Of a DNA stretch of 64,000 nucleotides, positions 8,460-17,002 are shown one piece after another. Source of the stretch: Chlamydiota bacterium (GTDB lineage Bacteria; Chlamydiota; Chlamydiia; Chlamydiales; RGXB01); assembly GCA_947494155.1 (NCBI GenBank), contig CANLTW010000001.1, forward strand, positions 84,231-148,230. Direction: 5' to 3'. Numbering within the stretch: the first letter of the stretch is position 1; every line of letters starts with the position of its first letter. The notes under the pieces were generated by a model. It was not told the DNA's origin. It saw nothing but the letters and a program-made list of their open reading frames with translations, and did not search any database. The translations under genes were made by a program, and so were the position numbers.

Positions 8460-10252
8460 CTGGATAAATGGTTCCTTTCCAAGAAAATAAAGACTTTCTT
8501 GGAAAAATCTTTTTTGGTTTCCAAAAGCTCTTTAAAGGCCTGTGTTGCCAAAAGGATATCTTTTTTAAGATACCCCTTACGAAATTTTGGAAGTATCTTT
8601 TCCAGCATCATCTCTTGAGTCCGCTCAGGATTTTGTAAAATTTCCAAAACAATCTCGTTCAGCTTTTCAGGATCAATACAGGGTGCTAGACCCTCTATCG
8701 ATAGAGACATTTTGGACAGGAAACGGGCCTCAATTCCATAGTTTCTCAACAGTTCCAATACCCTCTCCTCATCTTGATCAAAAGTCGATTCCAAGCGTAA
8801 GCTGCGACTAACGCACTCTGTTTGAATCGATGCATCCATGCGATACATTTGCTCTTTAGCTAAAAAATCCTCAAGAGCATCCAAATCGACAAGAGCCGTT
8901 TTCTCCTCCCATTTAGCAATCAAAAAACCGTCGATAATTAAGATCCCCACAACCTCAATCAAAAAAGATTGTCGTAAAAGCACCCCCTTTTCGCCAAAAG
9001 CGCAACCCTTTTTAAACCCCAAAGCATCTCTAGTCTCCAGCTTTTCTATTGTCTCATTTTTTACCAGACTCCAGTCGGGGGAAAAAAAGGGGGAAATCGA
9101 ATGCTCTCTTGGGGAAGTCGAATGCTCTCTTGGGGAAGTCGAATGCTCTCTTGGGGAAATCGAATGCTCTTCGATAGAAAAGTCCCCCTTTCTTTTTTCC
9201 AGAGGATACTCATACCCATCCCAGCTATGTATTATATGTGCCAAAGAGGACCCACCTTGCTGTGCAAGCAATGCCCTGTCTATCGCCTTTTGGACAATCC
9301 TAAACCAGCTTTTCTCCTCCTTAAGTCGCACTAAACTTTTTTGCGGATGGACATTCACATCCACCAAATCGAACGGAATATCTAAAAAAAGAATCAATGC
9401 GGGATGGGTTTTAGGGGGGAAATGTCTCTGATAAGCCTCAAAAGCAGCCATCTGGATTAAAGGGTTTGAGGCGGTTCTTTGATTTATAAAAAAATATTGC
9501 TGCGCCCTCGTTTTTTGCCCCTCTTGAGAAAGACTTATCAACCCATAACATCTTACCGAGTCCTCTTGAAATTCAAATAGCTGCATTTTTTTTATCCAAG
9601 AGGTGCCAAAAAGGGTTTCAGCTCTCTCTTGAAGAGTTTGTTCAGCCGGGCAATCTAATTCTATTTTTTTATCGATTGTGTAACTAAATCGCACTTTGGG
9701 ATTACAAAGGGCTATTTTCTGCACCATTTTTGTGATCTCCATTGTGGCCCCCTTTACCGTTTTTTGAAACTCCAAACGGGCAGGCACATTATGAAAAAGG
9801 GAATAAATTTCAAATGTCGTTCCTGGTTCTCTGTGACAAGGTGCAGAATCTAAGAGCTTACCAGCTTTTACTTCGACTTTTGTCGCCTCCTGCAAATCTT
9901 GCGGTGCCGTTTTCATTAAAACATGACTAATACTGGCGATAGAAGAAAGCGCCTCCCCTCTAAAACCTAAAGTTTGGATCCCCTTCAGATCCTCTTTTTT
10001 TTGGATTTTACTGGTAGCATGCCTTTCAAAACAAAGCAGAGCGTCCTCTTTAAGCATGCCGATACCGTTGTCCATTATTTTAATGAACTCAAATCCACCC
10101 CCTTTAATGTCGATATGGATAGAGCTGCTTTGGGCATCAATAGAGTTTTCCACGAGCTCTTTTATGCAGCTGGAGGGATTTTCCACCACCTCGCCTGCGG
10201 CTATTAGATTAATTAGGTGCTCTTCTAAAAGATGGATAGATCTACGTTGCAT
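8438..10252 (-). CDS. mutL: DNA mismatch repair protein MutL
   Basis: 604 aa. GHKL ATPase N-terminus (LINLIAAGEVVENPSSCIKELVENSIDA, DNGIGM, LGFRGEAL), then a linker and a C-terminal dimerisation region. Confidence 0.9.
   Translation of the reverse strand: MQRRSIHLLEEHLINLIAAGEVVENPSSCIKELVENSIDAQSSSIHIDIKGGGFEFIKIMDNGIGMLKEDALLCFERHATSKIQKKEDLKGIQTLGFRGEALSSIASISHVLMKTAPQDLQEATKVEVKAGKLLDSAPCHREPGTTFEIYSLFHNVPARLEFQKTVKGATMEITKMVQKIALCNPKVRFSYTIDKKIELDCPAEQTLQERAETLFGTSWIKKMQLFEFQEDSVRCYGLISLSQEGQKTRAQQYFFINQRTASNPLIQMAAFEAYQRHFPPKTHPALILFLDIPFDLVDVNVHPQKSLVRLKEEKSWFRIVQKAIDRALLAQQGGSSLAHIIHSWDGYEYPLEKRKGDFSIEEHSISPREHSTSPREHSTSPREHSISPFFSPDWSLVKNETIEKLETRDALGFKKGCAFGEKGVLLRQSFLIEVVGILIIDGFLIAKWEEKTALVDLDALEDFLAKEQMYRMDASIQTECVSRSLRLESTFDQDEERVLELLRNYGIEARFLSKMSLSIEGLAPCIDPEKLNEIVLEILQNPERTQEMMLEKILPKFRKGYLKKDILLATQAFKELLETKKDFSKKVFIFLERNHLSRCFSCKD
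9090..9170. repeat. In-frame 21-bp tandem repeat, about 3.9 copies, in the mutL linker
   Basis: Units ggggaa(a/g)tcgaatgctctctt begin at 9090, 9111, 9132 and 9153. On the minus strand they encode EHSISPREHSTSPREHSTSPREHSISP. Confidence 0.9.
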
Positions 10253-10330
10253 GATTTCGATCGTAGCAAAATCAAAGAAAAAAAGGGATTGGAAGGTTAT
10301 TCTTTGAAAAAAAAGATCCGAACCATAATT

Positions 10331-10351
10331 CTATCATGTAAGCCATGATAG
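10331..10351. promoter_or_regulatory. Perfect 8-bp palindrome (ctatcatg-N5-catgatag) in the divergent mutL / 10537 intergenic region
   Basis: Read directly from the sequence. It lies 79 nt upstream of the mutL start. Its function is unknown; it could be an operator or a hairpin. Confidence 0.3.
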
Positions 10352-10536
10352 GTGCTTTATGGCCCGGATGGTTAAAGAAAAAACCCGCTAATGACTAGGA
10401 GTCGTGCTTTAGTGCCCCAGCCTAAACCAAAGACACCCAGCTCAATCCTAATAGGCCAAATAACCACTTGGTCCCTTCTTTAACCAACATATAAAGTTTT
10501 TGATAATTTTTGTTAAGAAAAAAAACTGTTTTTTTT

Positions 10537-11376
10537 ATGATTAGGATTCTATCCAGCCTTGCCACCTTAGCCTCAGTAGGCTACGGAGCTTATTACCTCT
10601 CTCAACAACATCCTGAAGTAAAAACTAAGGTGATGGATATTATCTATTCGGGCAATTTTCATACGCTCGAAGCAAGACTTAGTGCCAAACAGATCATGGA
10701 GGCTAACAAGCGTAAGCTTCTTAAGGACGACAGGCACCATTTCCTAGAACCGGCAACCCTATTTACCCCGTATCTTTTGCTAGAGATCAAGTATACCAAA
10801 CCAGATCACACCACTGGGGAGGGGATGATTTTATGGGACCTTATTGATGGGGAGATGGTAATGAATACCCAAGGATGGGATAAAACCCATGGGTATGCCG
10901 ACTGCATTAAAGCCCGTCTAACCAAAAATGAGTTCAAGGTGATCAATCTTTTAGCAGAACGGGGTGGGGCTTTAGACCGGGGGGCTCTAGCCAGGCTTCT
11001 ATCCGCAGAGAACGAAACTTTAGATAAAGTGATTGAGGCCTGTAGACGGAAAAAACTGATTGTTTTGACCGGCAACCAGTATCGACTCCATCTAAAAAGC
11101 CCTAAAATTAGCGTGATCCCAGAGACCTCGATTGACGATCACCTAGTGACAAAATCATTAAAAAATGCCGAGAGACTCTCTCAAAGATTTTCGGAATGGC
11201 AGATAAGACAATTAGCAGAATCGACCTTTGGTTCCGATTTTGCGATTCGTAGCACCCTGAATGTCTATCTCCCTATCTATAACATTACAGTAGGAAACCC
11301 GGACGGAACCTTCCATACCTCTTACTGGAACGCCATAAGCGGTAAAGAAATCCCCTTTTCCTCAATGATTGAGTAA
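10537..11376 (+). CDS. Membrane-anchored hypothetical protein with a winged-helix-like segment
   Basis: ATG at 10537 (the track ORF opens at TTG 10510). N-terminal TM helix ILSSLATLASVGYGAYYL. The internal stretch FKVINLLAERGGALDRGALARLLSAENETLDKVIEACRRKKLIV resembles a MarR/wHTH fold. Confidence 0.5.
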   Translation: MIRILSSLATLASVGYGAYYLSQQHPEVKTKVMDIIYSGNFHTLEARLSAKQIMEANKRKLLKDDRHHFLEPATLFTPYLLLEIKYTKPDHTTGEGMILWDLIDGEMVMNTQGWDKTHGYADCIKARLTKNEFKVINLLAERGGALDRGALARLLSAENETLDKVIEACRRKKLIVLTGNQYRLHLKSPKISVIPETSIDDHLVTKSLKNAERLSQRFSEWQIRQLAESTFGSDFAIRSTLNVYLPIYNITVGNPDGTFHTSYWNAISGKEIPFSSMIE

Positions 11377-11465
11377 AAGCCCTTAGTACAGGTTATCGCT
11401 AAGAGAAAAAGACCTTGTATTTAACCCTTTAGATCCCTTAACATTTAGAGACTTTATTCTTTTTT

Positions 11466-11552
11466 GGAGAGATGGCCGAGTGGTCGAAGGCGCGTCCCTG
11501 CTAAGGACGTATACCCGTGAGGGTATCGAGGGTTCGAATCCCTCTCTCTCCG
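11466..11552 (+). tRNA. tRNA-Ser(GCU), class II with long variable arm, no encoded CCA
   Basis: Hand-folded. Acceptor GGAGAGA/TCTCTCC with G73. Anticodon arm CGTCC-CTGCTAA-GGACG. Long variable arm. T arm GAGGG-TTCGAAT-CCCTC. Confidence 0.95.
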
Positions 11553-12175
11553 CTCTTGTTAACCTCCTCATCCTCACCTTTTAGCACTTTTCCCTTTTCG
11601 TAAAAAAAATTATTTTGCTATATAGAAGGAAAAAGGACTTTGTATGAAAATTCAAAAAAACCAACCTTCCAATCCGCATGCCTACCTTGGTAGCAAACCC
11701 TCCCTTTTAGACAAACAAATCCAAAAAATTTCACGAAACTGTATTAAACCCTCCAAATCAACATCGGCATCAAAACTTGCCAACCACAAGATAACACATG
11801 GGCTTGTTGAACAGCCAAAAGGGAAAGTAAAACAGAAGAGGGCATAACCTTTTTTAAAAATCATACAGCGATAAAACAAAAATGAAGCGGTCCGTTCCAT
11901 CGCGCTTTTTTGTATTGATCTGTTCTTTGGTTTAAAAGGTATAGGCTTTGACCCTTCTGGGAAGATCGGTTTTTAAGAATTAAAGTCATAAAAGCCGATA
12001 GGGGTCGGCCTTGATGGGCGAACCCTTCCCCCTTTTTTGCCTCTCTACTTTCTATTAGAGTCTTCAAAATCTCCATTTCCTCTACATCTCTTTCTTAAAA
12101 AAAATTCCTGGAGGACAACAGGTATAGTTTACAATTAAGCTGGACAAAACTTTTTTGGGAACCTAAAATGGTCTC

Positions 12176-12793
12176 ATGGATATTTTAGAAACCATTTATG
12201 CGCGCCGATCTATTAAGCTTTTTGAGCCCACACACTCTATGCCTAAAGAGATTTACGAAAAGCTAATCGAGGCGGCCCGTCAAGCCCCCTCCTCTTACAA
12301 CCTGCAGCATACTCGGCTTGTTCACGTTAAAGAACAAAAAATCAAAGAGGCTATCTCAAAAGCAGCCTACAATCAGCCCCAAATTTTAAGCTCCTGTGTG
12401 TTTTTTGTCATTACAGCGGATACAAAAGCTTGGACAAAAAACCCTGAGCGCTGCTGGCAAAATGCCCCGCAGGAAGTACAAGATTATATCCTTAAATCTA
12501 TTCCCCCTTTTCATAAAGCTAGACCTTATATAGAAAGAGATGAGGCGATCCGCTCAGGAGCTCTCACGGCGATGACACTGATGTTAGCTGCAAAAGGATT
12601 AGGTTATGATTCTTGTCCCATGATCGGGTTTGAAGAACCCAAAGTCCGCGAGCTGATTCGACTCCCCGATGATCATGTTGTGGTAATGCTTTTACCCATA
12701 GGCAAAGGGGTAAAGCCACCCCTCCCTAAACCGGGCTTTATCCCGATGGAAGAATTCCTCTATACCGACTCTTTTCCCGTAGAACAACGCTAA
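12176..12793 (+). CDS. Nitroreductase-family oxidoreductase
   Basis: 205 aa. N-terminal ILETIYARRSIKLFEP and overall length are typical of FMN nitroreductases. Confidence 0.8.
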   Translation: MDILETIYARRSIKLFEPTHSMPKEIYEKLIEAARQAPSSYNLQHTRLVHVKEQKIKEAISKAAYNQPQILSSCVFFVITADTKAWTKNPERCWQNAPQEVQDYILKSIPPFHKARPYIERDEAIRSGALTAMTLMLAAKGLGYDSCPMIGFEEPKVRELIRLPDDHVVVMLLPIGKGVKPPLPKPGFIPMEEFLYTDSFPVEQR

Positions 12794-12813
12794 TTTTTAA
12801 ATGGAAACCAGCG

Positions 12814-13674
12814 ATGCCTTTTTTTATACCTCGAATATTTAAAACATGTTTTTTTTTCATTCTATTTTCTCTACTCCCTATCGAGTTAGGGGCTAAAATC
12901 TATGATGGTTTTACCTTCTTTAATGAATTAGAACTCCTCGAATTGCGTTTACATCAGCATGCTCCGTTTGTAGATGCCTTTATTTTAGTGGAGGCAAAAG
13001 AGACCTTTCGAGGCGATCCCAAACCACTTTACTACGAGGAAAACAAAGAGCGTTTCCGAAAATTTCACGATAAAATTATCCATATTGTTGTGGATAAAAT
13101 TCCTGCAGATGGGTACCAGGGGGCCAGCGCTTTTTGGCATAGGGAAGCCATACAAAGAAATTCTATTTTTGAGGGCTTAAAATCGGCCGATTTAACAGAT
13201 ACAGTTATCATCTCTGACGCGGATGAGATTCTGCATGAGAAAATTTTTCGCTTTCTACTGAAAAGATCATCCTCTAAAAAAAGAGGGATCAAATCTGTAG
13301 AGCAGAATCTTTTTTTGTATCATATGAACCATCAAAGCAAAGAGGGCTGGGTTGGACCGGTAATCTGCCAGAAAAAAGATCTCTTAGTAGAAACCGCCCA
13401 TGAATTAAGAAATCGTCGCAACAGCTTTACACGGATTCATGGAGGCTGGCATTTTAGCTACTTGGGGGGGGGCGAAAGAATCCAAAAAAAAGTGGGAGCT
13501 TTTAGCGAAGTCGTCTTTGATAATCTACTCAAGTTAGACCCCAAAGCTGCAGCTCAATGGATCTATGAAACAAATAAGGATTCCTGTTTCTTTAGAGAAA
13601 TAGACGAACATTTTCCAAAATATCTGCTTGAAAATAGAAGCTACTATGAAAAAATAGGCTTCATTCACCCCTAA
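12814..13674 (+). CDS. Glycosyltransferase family 17-like (GnT-III-like) with N-terminal membrane anchor
   Basis: Motifs IYDGFTFFNELELLELRL, VDAFILVEAKETFRGDPKPLYY, IISDADEI and GGWHFSYLGG match my recollection of Glyco_transf_17. Confidence 0.65.
   Translation: MPFFIPRIFKTCFFFILFSLLPIELGAKIYDGFTFFNELELLELRLHQHAPFVDAFILVEAKETFRGDPKPLYYEENKERFRKFHDKIIHIVVDKIPADGYQGASAFWHREAIQRNSIFEGLKSADLTDTVIISDADEILHEKIFRFLLKRSSSKKRGIKSVEQNLFLYHMNHQSKEGWVGPVICQKKDLLVETAHELRNRRNSFTRIHGGWHFSYLGGGERIQKKVGAFSEVVFDNLLKLDPKAAAQWIYETNKDSCFFREIDEHFPKYLLENRSYYEKIGFIHP
13464..13472 (+). repeat. G9 homopolymer inside the GT17 coding sequence
   Basis: tac ttg ggg ggg ggc encodes YLGGG immediately after the conserved GWHFSY motif. 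Confidence 0.95.
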
Positions 13675-13685
13675 GAGTCCCTTAC

Positions 13686-13712
13686 CTCCCCCATCCTATT
13701 TGGGGGAGTTTA
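13686..13712. terminator. Bidirectional rho-independent terminator between the convergent GT17 gene and hisS
   Basis: Stem CTCCCCCA (13686-13693) pairs with TGGGGGAG (13701-13708) around a 7-nt loop. T/A runs flank the hairpin. Confidence 0.6.
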
Positions 13713-13723
13713 AAAGAATCTTA

Positions 13724-15061
13724 TTAAAGACTCTTCAAGTAGGCTATTAAAGACTCCAGTTGCCCTTTTTCTTGCCTTTGCTCTTTAAGTATTCTGTAAT
13801 TGAGAACCGCAGTTTCAATCTCTTCGCTATTGGCTATCACAACAACCTCAAACCCTTTCCGATCTGCGTACTTGATCTGGTTGGGCAACGGTTTATCTTG
13901 CAGATACACCTCAGCACCATACCCGCGGGCCCGAATTTTTTCCGCTAATTCGATGTAGTAGGGTAAATAATCCCGATTTTGGACGGTAACTAATACCTTC
14001 GCATTCGTCTCTTTGGAGGATTCAATAAGGCCCCTCTCCAACATTTTTGGAATTAGACGGGAGACGCCTATTGAGATACCCACACCGGGTAGCACTTTTC
14101 TTGTGAAGGTAGCAGCTAAGTTTTGATAGCGACCCCCGGCACAAATCGTGCCAATCTCCAAACAGTCGAGCCACTTTGTCTCATAAATAGTTCCAGTATA
14201 GTAATTGAGTCCACGCGCTAATGTGGGGTCAATCTCCAGGATTGTTTCAGGGACACCATAGGCTTTTGCCAGCGCCAGAACCTCTTGGAGCTCTTTGAGC
14301 CCCTCCTCAAGTAGGGTTTTGTGTGGAAAGCTTGAAAGATATTCCATCATCTCGTTGTTAGTCCCCTTTTTTTCCAAAAAGAGGAGAACTTTATCTACTG
14401 TCGATTGCTCAAGTCCAAGATCCGATAACCCTAAAGCCATCGAAGCCTGATCGACTTTTTCTTTTTTATCAATTTGTCTGATTGCGGCCTCAAGGTGCTC
14501 GTTAGGTACGCCAAACACCTCCATTAATCCCATCAAAATTTTTCGGTTATTCAGCTTAACAATATAATTTTTTAGGCCAATAGATTGAAAAATTTTATGG
14601 ATAATTCCTAAAAGCTCTGCGTCGTAGGCAAGCGACAGCTCATTTTCGCCAATGATATCAATATCACATTGAATAAATTGCCGGTATCTGCCGGCTTGCG
14701 CCCTTTCTCCCCTCCACACCGGCGCTATATGATATCGCTTATAGGGGAAGTGAAGCTGACCGTAATGTTCTGCAACATACCTTGCCAGCGGAACTGTGAG
14801 ATCAAATCTTAGGCCCAGGTCTTTCTTGCTCTCTTCCTCAGCAGTCAGGCGGCACAACCCGTAGATTTCACTGTCATTTCCTTTAGAAAGTAATGTTGAT
14901 GCTTTTTCTACAGCCGGGGTATCCATCGGAGAAAAGCCAAACGATTCAAATTGCTTGCGTATCGTATCAATACATGTATTAAAAGCTATTTGATCCTTAG
15001 GCAAAAACTCCGGAAATCCCGAAATCGATCCCACCAGAATCCCTTTTGATGATTTTGACAT
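13724..15061 (-). CDS. hisS: Histidine--tRNA ligase
   Basis: 445 aa. HisRS signatures RYRQFIQCDIDIIG and CAGGRYQNL, with a C-terminal anticodon-binding domain. Confidence 0.9.
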   Translation of the reverse strand: MSKSSKGILVGSISGFPEFLPKDQIAFNTCIDTIRKQFESFGFSPMDTPAVEKASTLLSKGNDSEIYGLCRLTAEEESKKDLGLRFDLTVPLARYVAEHYGQLHFPYKRYHIAPVWRGERAQAGRYRQFIQCDIDIIGENELSLAYDAELLGIIHKIFQSIGLKNYIVKLNNRKILMGLMEVFGVPNEHLEAAIRQIDKKEKVDQASMALGLSDLGLEQSTVDKVLLFLEKKGTNNEMMEYLSSFPHKTLLEEGLKELQEVLALAKAYGVPETILEIDPTLARGLNYYTGTIYETKWLDCLEIGTICAGGRYQNLAATFTRKVLPGVGISIGVSRLIPKMLERGLIESSKETNAKVLVTVQNRDYLPYYIELAEKIRARGYGAEVYLQDKPLPNQIKYADRKGFEVVVIANSEEIETAVLNYRILKEQRQEKGQLESLIAYLKSL

Positions 15062-15209
15062 GAAATAAACCTCTTCTCAAAAGCCCCGATATAGGAAATC
15101 GAATCTGGGCTTTAACCTTAAAAAACAGGTTTTGTATTCTAGCTTTTTTTAAAATTAACCATCTATCGATTTCCTAGGTAGAGGGCTAACCCTTTTTAAA
15201 GGTCCCCTT

Positions 15210-15809
15210 CTAAAGAGAGGCCACCTCTTTTTCTACAGACGAAGAAAAAACTTTGAACGCGCTTTGGGGACCGCCTGCGCTTAAATGCCCGATAACAAAA
15301 GGGCCCGGCGCCGTTGGGGGCTTTATTTTGGGGATATCTATGAGGATAAGATTGCCTGTCCTTTTGACATGGGAAAGAGGAGGTTGAGTTTTCTTACGGG
15401 CCAACTCAGCCGTTGTAGTCACGATTAAACGACCCCAGGTATGGCAAACAGCTTTTTGTGGAGATTTATCTATTACCCATTTCTTCAATTTAATCTGTGG
15501 CTCCAAAAGACCAAGAAGAGAAACCGACAAAACCTCAGAGCAATGACTCTTGAGCTGGTTTGTTACCAGATGGTGTATAAGCTCGACACTGGAGAGCTTT
15601 TCTCGGAAAAAGCGACTTTTCCCCTCCTCCGTAGTCAACTGGTCGAAGTGAACCGGTTCAAGCCAAAAATTTTCTTGCGACTCGCGTAATCTTACATACG
15701 GGTATTCTTTTGAGGGGGAGATCAGAGCCTCCAAAGCTAAAATAGTGGGTTCAATGTTCCATGCTTTAGCCGCAAGCCAATTTCCTGGTTGCATACCACC
15801 TGAAATCAT
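15210..15809 (-). CDS. Hypothetical protein
   Basis: 199-aa ORF that fills the gap between flanking genes. No motif was recognised. Confidence 0.4.
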   Translation of the reverse strand: MISGGMQPGNWLAAKAWNIEPTILALEALISPSKEYPYVRLRESQENFWLEPVHFDQLTTEEGKSRFFREKLSSVELIHHLVTNQLKSHCSEVLSVSLLGLLEPQIKLKKWVIDKSPQKAVCHTWGRLIVTTTAELARKKTQPPLSHVKRTGNLILIDIPKIKPPTAPGPFVIGHLSAGGPQSAFKVFSSSVEKEVASL

Positions 15810-15910
15810 ACTATTCCTCTGATTTTCCTAGTTAAAAAGGGTTTTTCAAAAGAGTGTACTAAATGTAATTTTTTTTAGAAATAAAAATTTCCCTTTTTAT
15901 GAGCCTTTCT

Positions 15911-16840
15911 CTAAAGAGTATTTAGAGAGGCATTCGGGTCTTCACTCATTTTCATTCCCTCTTCATACCGAAAATGAACAGACTCCCTATATCCCGGGGG
16001 ATTAGGCCAACTGGTTGCGCTCTTTAGAGCCTCCTCGGGGGTGATTTTTAAGTGGTATTTTTCCAGCAGACTTTTCAGTTTTTGTTTGGCATGTAGTAGA
16101 AAAAGGCCGTGGCGATCTGCGCGAAATTCGACATGTCTTTCCTGTACATGCTTTACATACAAACAACCAAGAATAGGCAAAAAACGGCGCGCCAGTAGAG
16201 AAAGAGTTGGCGTCTCAGGGTCATCTATCGTCAATAAAAGTTTAAATAACTGATAAACGGTCATCCCGTTAGACAAAATTGTTGTTACGTGAGATTTCAA
16301 AATATCCTCATTGATGGAGTGCCCCAGCTCGTGGCCCAAAAAAAACAGGGCATCCGTCTTATCTGCAATATGGTCTAAATTCAAAGTGATTTTTTTAGGG
16401 CAGATACCGGAACTTGTGGCTGCTATTTTCGACTTCTCAAGGTTAACTTTAATCTCCTCTTGAAAATCGAGAACCTCTTTGGCTTCTGTCAAAATTTGTG
16501 TTAATGACAACCCCTTTTTAGCAAATTCTTCCTGCGCCTCTCTCTCCAGGGCTTCGCTCTCGTCCGATCCAAAATGGCTCTCTTTTCCAAGTGGCAACCA
16601 TTTTTTCAGAGGATTTACAACCGAGATATCGAGAACCTTTTCCCAAATAAAAAAAATTTTAGAGTCTATCCCATCCCGCATTTTTTTTAAGGAATACTCC
16701 ATTGGTTCTTCCGTCATAAAAGAACTATGAACAAAAGAGGCTAGCGCAGTAATGCCAACTAAAGCTATAGCGCTCGACAAAATGGGTCGCTCTAGAAATC
16801 CCTCTCGCACTGAAGGTGTCAAAAACTGTCCCACAACCAT
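15911..16840 (-). CDS. Membrane zinc metalloprotease, M48-like (HExxH)
   Basis: N-terminal TM helix. Zinc motif FFLGHELGHSINED. The downstream HVEFRADRHG resembles the third-ligand region of M48/HtpX-type peptidases. Confidence 0.55.
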   Translation of the reverse strand: MVVGQFLTPSVREGFLERPILSSAIALVGITALASFVHSSFMTEEPMEYSLKKMRDGIDSKIFFIWEKVLDISVVNPLKKWLPLGKESHFGSDESEALEREAQEEFAKKGLSLTQILTEAKEVLDFQEEIKVNLEKSKIAATSSGICPKKITLNLDHIADKTDALFFLGHELGHSINEDILKSHVTTILSNGMTVYQLFKLLLTIDDPETPTLSLLARRFLPILGCLYVKHVQERHVEFRADRHGLFLLHAKQKLKSLLEKYHLKITPEEALKSATSWPNPPGYRESVHFRYEEGMKMSEDPNASLNTL

Positions 16841-17002
16841 ATCAAGATCCGATTTTTATTCCTGCTATCTTTATATTTATTTTAAAATTTGCGCAATATT
16901 TTTTTAGAAAACGATCCAAAAGTGATTGAAGAACCCCTTTTTCTAACACGATTATTTTTCATGGGAAAATTTTCCCAGATACCCTATATTCTGAACTTAG
17001 CT

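Noticed and set aside
8838-9431. Plus-strand ORFs (8838..9431 and 9101..9334) containing a repeated ECSLGEV / MLSWGSR motif.
   Set aside because: They are the antisense reading of the 21-bp repeat inside mutL. The mutL frame is strongly supported on both sides of the repeat.
11383-11577. 64-aa minus-strand ORF.
   Set aside because: It lies directly across the well-folded tRNA-Ser(GCU) at 11466..11552 and is an artefact of the ORF scan.
11644-12076. Two small ORFs (11644..11847 on the plus strand, 11861..12076 on the minus strand) in the gene-poor stretch after tRNA-Ser.
   Set aside because: They have no recognisable motifs and poor or mis-spaced ribosome-binding sites, and their translations are low-complexity and basic. 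A weak hairpin plus T-run lies after the first ORF (about 11886-11915), so it may be a small transcript, but the evidence is too thin to call genes. They could be remnants of a decayed insertion.
13089-13097. Perfect DnaA-box consensus matches (tgtggataa at 13089-13097 and ttatccaca at 55306-55314). They were considered because dnaB and mnmG(gidA) often neighbour oriC.
   Set aside because: They are single, isolated matches inside coding sequences. I found no cluster of boxes or AT-rich unwinding element in the dnaB-mnmG spacer or elsewhere in the window.
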